From Nitrosopumilus sp. (GTDB lineage: Archaea > Thermoproteota > Nitrososphaeria > Nitrososphaerales > Nitrosopumilaceae), in NCBI GenBank assembly GCA_965247045.1, contig CBDFGF010000006.1, positions 144,870 to 208,869 on the forward strand: DNA of 64,000 nucleotides. The letters are read 5' to 3'. Numbering within the stretch: the stretch's first letter is position 1; each line of letters starts with the position of its first letter. The notes under the pieces are model-generated. The model saw nothing but the letters and a program-made list of their open reading frames with translations, was not told the origin of the DNA and did no database searches. This document shows positions 61,071 to 64,000 of the stretch, one piece after another. The translations under genes were made by a program, and so were the position numbers.

Positions 61071-62390
61071 ATGAGATTTATCCTCTTAATTACAATCATT
61101 TGTCTTTTAACAGTCACAATACTTCCTAGTATTGCACAATCATCTAGCGATGAACGTCTTTGTAAGATAGGATACAAAGTAGAAGTTGATGGAAAAAATA
61201 TTATATGCGTTCCAATCAGTGATGAAAAAAGAACTTGTCCTCGTGGAACATACTATGGATTAGATAATCAGCAAAATCCTGTTTGTCGTGATATTGAGAC
61301 AAATGACATAGTTGATTCTACAACTCAGTTGATACCTGATCCTACAACTGAATTAGTAAATGATCCTACAACTGAATTAGTAAATGATCCTACAACTGAA
61401 TTAGTAAATGATCCTACAACTGAATTAGTAAATGATCCTACAACTGAATTAGTAAATGATTTTCAAACGGGACAGATATTTTATAATCCGTGGTTGTATA
61501 TTGTACTGGTGGTTACAGCCACAATAATTATCGTAGGTGCTAAACGTAGAAAACCTGCAACGATACCAACTAAACAAATACCTGTAAAACCTTCTATGCC
61601 TATATCGGATCCAATTCACTACAAACAGGATAGTCAGCCCCCTAGTGATTCTGTAAAACCTTCTATGCCTATATCGGATCCAATTCACTACAAACAGGAT
61701 AGTCAGCCCCCTAGTGATTCTGTAAAACTTCCTGTTATAGTAGTGGATACAAATGTCTTACTTAGATATTGTAAATCACGGAGGAATTATAAAGAAGATT
61801 ATAAGGATGATGGTCGTCAAGAGGAAATTAGAGAATATTTATACTCTAACATGGATCAAAAAGCACTTTATTTTCCAACAGCCGTGAGGGGCGAATATAA
61901 GCATATTCAGAGTAAACCTGACAAAGATTCTGAAATTGGTGTTTATTATTCTCGCAAACTAGATGATTATTTACATAACACCAGCAATGAATCCACAAAT
62001 TATAAAAAACTTCCAAAAGACAAGAACTTGAAAAAGAACCAAATGAAGGAGATGTATGACAAAATAACTAAGATGTATCAAGACATTGATGCTGATCCTA
62101 CCATGAAATCAATAGTAGACAACTGGAAAAATAAAAAATGGGAATCAAGGAAGAAAAAGAAAGGAGATCAAGGCATACCACCTGATCTATCGAATCCAGA
62201 TGATAGTGCTAAAAAAGATAGAGAAATACTTGCAGAAGCGGTACTCTTGGCTGATAAAAACAGTGACAAGGTTGTGCATCTATTAACGTTTGATTCTGAT
62301 CTTTTCTTTTTTTCTAAATATGTATATGATAAACTTAATGTGGAAATACTAAACGGCTATGAGTTTTTCAAAATACAAAACCAAACATAA
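61071..62390 (+). CDS. Single-pass membrane protein with C-terminal PIN-like nuclease domain
   Basis: Signal peptide, 4-Cys ectodomain, repeat stalk, TM helix plus KRRK, VVDTNVL / PTAVRGE / DREIL / LLTFDSDL. Confidence 0.8.
   Translation: MRFILLITIICLLTVTILPSIAQSSSDERLCKIGYKVEVDGKNIICVPISDEKRTCPRGTYYGLDNQQNPVCRDIETNDIVDSTTQLIPDPTTELVNDPTTELVNDPTTELVNDPTTELVNDPTTELVNDFQTGQIFYNPWLYIVLVVTATIIIVGAKRRKPATIPTKQIPVKPSMPISDPIHYKQDSQPPSDSVKPSMPISDPIHYKQDSQPPSDSVKLPVIVVDTNVLLRYCKSRRNYKEDYKDDGRQEEIREYLYSNMDQKALYFPTAVRGEYKHIQSKPDKDSEIGVYYSRKLDDYLHNTSNESTNYKKLPKDKNLKKNQMKEMYDKITKMYQDIDADPTMKSIVDNWKNKKWESRKKKKGDQGIPPDLSNPDDSAKKDREILAEAVLLADKNSDKVVHLLTFDSDLFFFSKYVYDKLNVEILNGYEFFKIQNQT
61338..61460. repeat. 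24-bp perfect tandem repeat x5 (DPTTELVN)
   Basis: GATCCTACAACTGAATTAGTAAAT. Confidence 0.95.
61582..61728. repeat. 69-bp perfect tandem duplication
   Basis: VKPSMPISDPIHYKQDSQPPSDS x2. Confidence 0.95.
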
Positions 62391-62480
62391 CCACATTTCG
62401 CCCAAAAATTTTTACAATTTCATTCCACCTGCATGCAGCCATCCCTTTCAATTTACAGATTTTGAACTGATATAATTTCA

Positions 62481-62984
62481 TCAGTAATCAAATTCCTCTA
62501 GCAATGAATCCATTACTTCAGGTGGCATCTCACCGTAGGATTTTTTCAACTCATCAATGGTGTGCCAACCGCCTAAAACTGCAACATATCCGTAATTGTA
62601 TTTTGTTTTAAGCAAATGCCATTGACCGCCAATGTGGCGTAAAGAGTGAATGGGTCTATCGAACCAAAAGTTACCAGTGGTTCTATACCCCTCTTTTCTT
62701 TTGGCTTTTAATTCCTCAATGTTTGTAATTTTTCCAAGATAGATGTATAGATCAATTAGTTGCTGTTTGATGGATTCTTCAAATTTTGCCTTTGTCAGTC
62801 TGTCTGGATTTTCATAAATTTTTGTACCGTTTTTGTTTTTGAGAAAGTCTAAACTTGTTTGCGTGTCTTTTCGCTTGATGTATTTTGTAAACCTGCCCTC
62901 TTTGATTTGAATTGTTTTAGTTTCTGTTGCAGCCATGTAATATGTGGTCTTGCCATTTTTCATTGGTTTTTTTGTGTAATCTAG
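62481..62984 (-). pseudogene. Tyrosine recombinase/integrase, catalytic C-terminal half
   Basis: ETKT, HSLRH, LGGW, SYG (HxxR..W..Y); 5' end removed by an IS. Confidence 0.8.
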
Positions 62985-63993
62985 TGCTGTGTTTCTCAAC
63001 TCTGAAAATCATCAACATTCTTTGATTAAACGAATCCTTTTGGATTATCTTACTGCATTGTAATCATCTTGTTGTACAGACAAACTTTCATTTTCAATTC
63101 ATGAATCATGTTTTCCCTTTTGTGAGACGTGACATGCTCACCAAACATTCTCTTGAATGCAGAAAACACTGATTCAACAATCCATCTATCTCCATAGCTT
63201 ACGCTATTCCTCCATAATTCATAGTTGAATAATTGAGCTAGAACAGCTTTTCGTCTTGGGTAGCAGTCAGTGTTAACTGATGAGTTCTTTCTTGTTTTGA
63301 TTCCAGGAATTATACCTTCATGGTACAAATATGAAAAACAATCCTTGGCGTCATATGCACCATCAGCTAGTGTCTTGACTATATTTCCAAACTCTTTTGA
63401 TTGTTCAACTAGTGATATGAAATGTTTTGAATCATGTGACTTGTCATCTGTTATTTCTAAACCTGTGATTTGTTTAGATTTCACATCTACTGCAACATGA
63501 ATCTTCAAGAAACCACGTCTTTTCTGCCATTTCTGTCTCATCCACTCACCACGATTGGCAACCTTGACTCCTGTACTGTCAATTGCAATAACAATATCTT
63601 TTCCAAGTTTTGGATTCATCTTGATATTGAGTTTGTGGACACGTTTCCAAATGGCAGAATATGTCGGAGTTTTTGATTTGTTTTTTAGGTGTGATTTTAT
63701 CAGACCTTCAGTTTGTCTGAATGGCAGATGCAAATAGAGATGACAGCACCCTAGTGCCTCCATGAATGATTCAGGATAAACAAATTGACGTCCTTCCTTT
63801 TTGTGGTTCATCTCCTTGAGTTCTGTGTTCCATGAGTCTATAGCATCAAAAGACAACATGATTTCTCCACGTCTTACTAGTGATTCGTTGCATTTTTTCC
63901 AATTTCTATTCATGGAATCATACAAAATATTCTGATCTAAAGCTTGTTTGGTAGAATTAGTTGGACAAACTAGTCATGTTAGGAAACACAGCA
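62985..63993 (-). mobile_element. IS5-family (IS903-like) IS, type A copy 3
   Basis: Same TIRs as 6040-7047. Confidence 0.9.
63050..63913 (-). CDS. IS5-family (IS903-like) transposase
   Basis: Homologous to 6120-6983. Confidence 0.92.
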   Translation of the reverse strand: MNRNWKKCNESLVRRGEIMLSFDAIDSWNTELKEMNHKKEGRQFVYPESFMEALGCCHLYLHLPFRQTEGLIKSHLKNKSKTPTYSAIWKRVHKLNIKMNPKLGKDIVIAIDSTGVKVANRGEWMRQKWQKRRGFLKIHVAVDVKSKQITGLEITDDKSHDSKHFISLVEQSKEFGNIVKTLADGAYDAKDCFSYLYHEGIIPGIKTRKNSSVNTDCYPRRKAVLAQLFNYELWRNSVSYGDRWIVESVFSAFKRMFGEHVTSHKRENMIHELKMKVCLYNKMITMQ

Positions 63994-64000
63994 TCTCTCA

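Noticed and set aside
61338-61460. CRISPR-like 24-bp repeats
   Set aside because: Head-to-tail with no spacers, in-frame coding, no cas genes
47420-64000. Casposon or provirus
   Set aside because: No Cas1, PolB, capsid or packaging gene in the window

Overview
AT-rich archaeal DNA, almost certainly an ammonia-oxidising archaeon of the Nitrosopumilaceae. This is inferred from the PEFG-CTERM sorting tails, the thaumarchaeal 'PxWIK...WxDG' domain, the two-domain multicopper oxidase, the archaeal aroA'/aroB' route, rps24e/rps27ae and Pus10. The window has three parts. (1) 1-20 kb: RNase P RNA and cofD/cofC, then an IS-riddled accessory stretch with nested insertions and gene remnants. (2) 20-47.4 kb: IS-free core genes (bcp, ubiD/mqnC, a shikimate-chorismate-tyrA operon, thiC/thiDN, galT, apgM, rps24e/rps27ae, pus10, srp54, dph6), ending in a box C/D sRNA whose D guide matches the tRNA-Met(CAU) anticodon loop. 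(3) 47.4-64 kb: an island with a 79-bp direct-repeat-flanked 2-kb module, multicopper oxidase/APC permease/USP genes, more nested IS, a single-pass membrane protein with an apparently intact cytoplasmic PIN ribonuclease domain, and an IS-truncated tyrosine integrase. About ten IS/MITE types can be delimited from terminal inverted repeats (TIRs) and target-site duplications (TSDs). The best leads for new biology are the receptor-like PIN nuclease, an unassigned G.U-supported structured RNA at 7060-7140, and the direct-repeat module. All family calls come from motif recognition by eye; no database searches were run.
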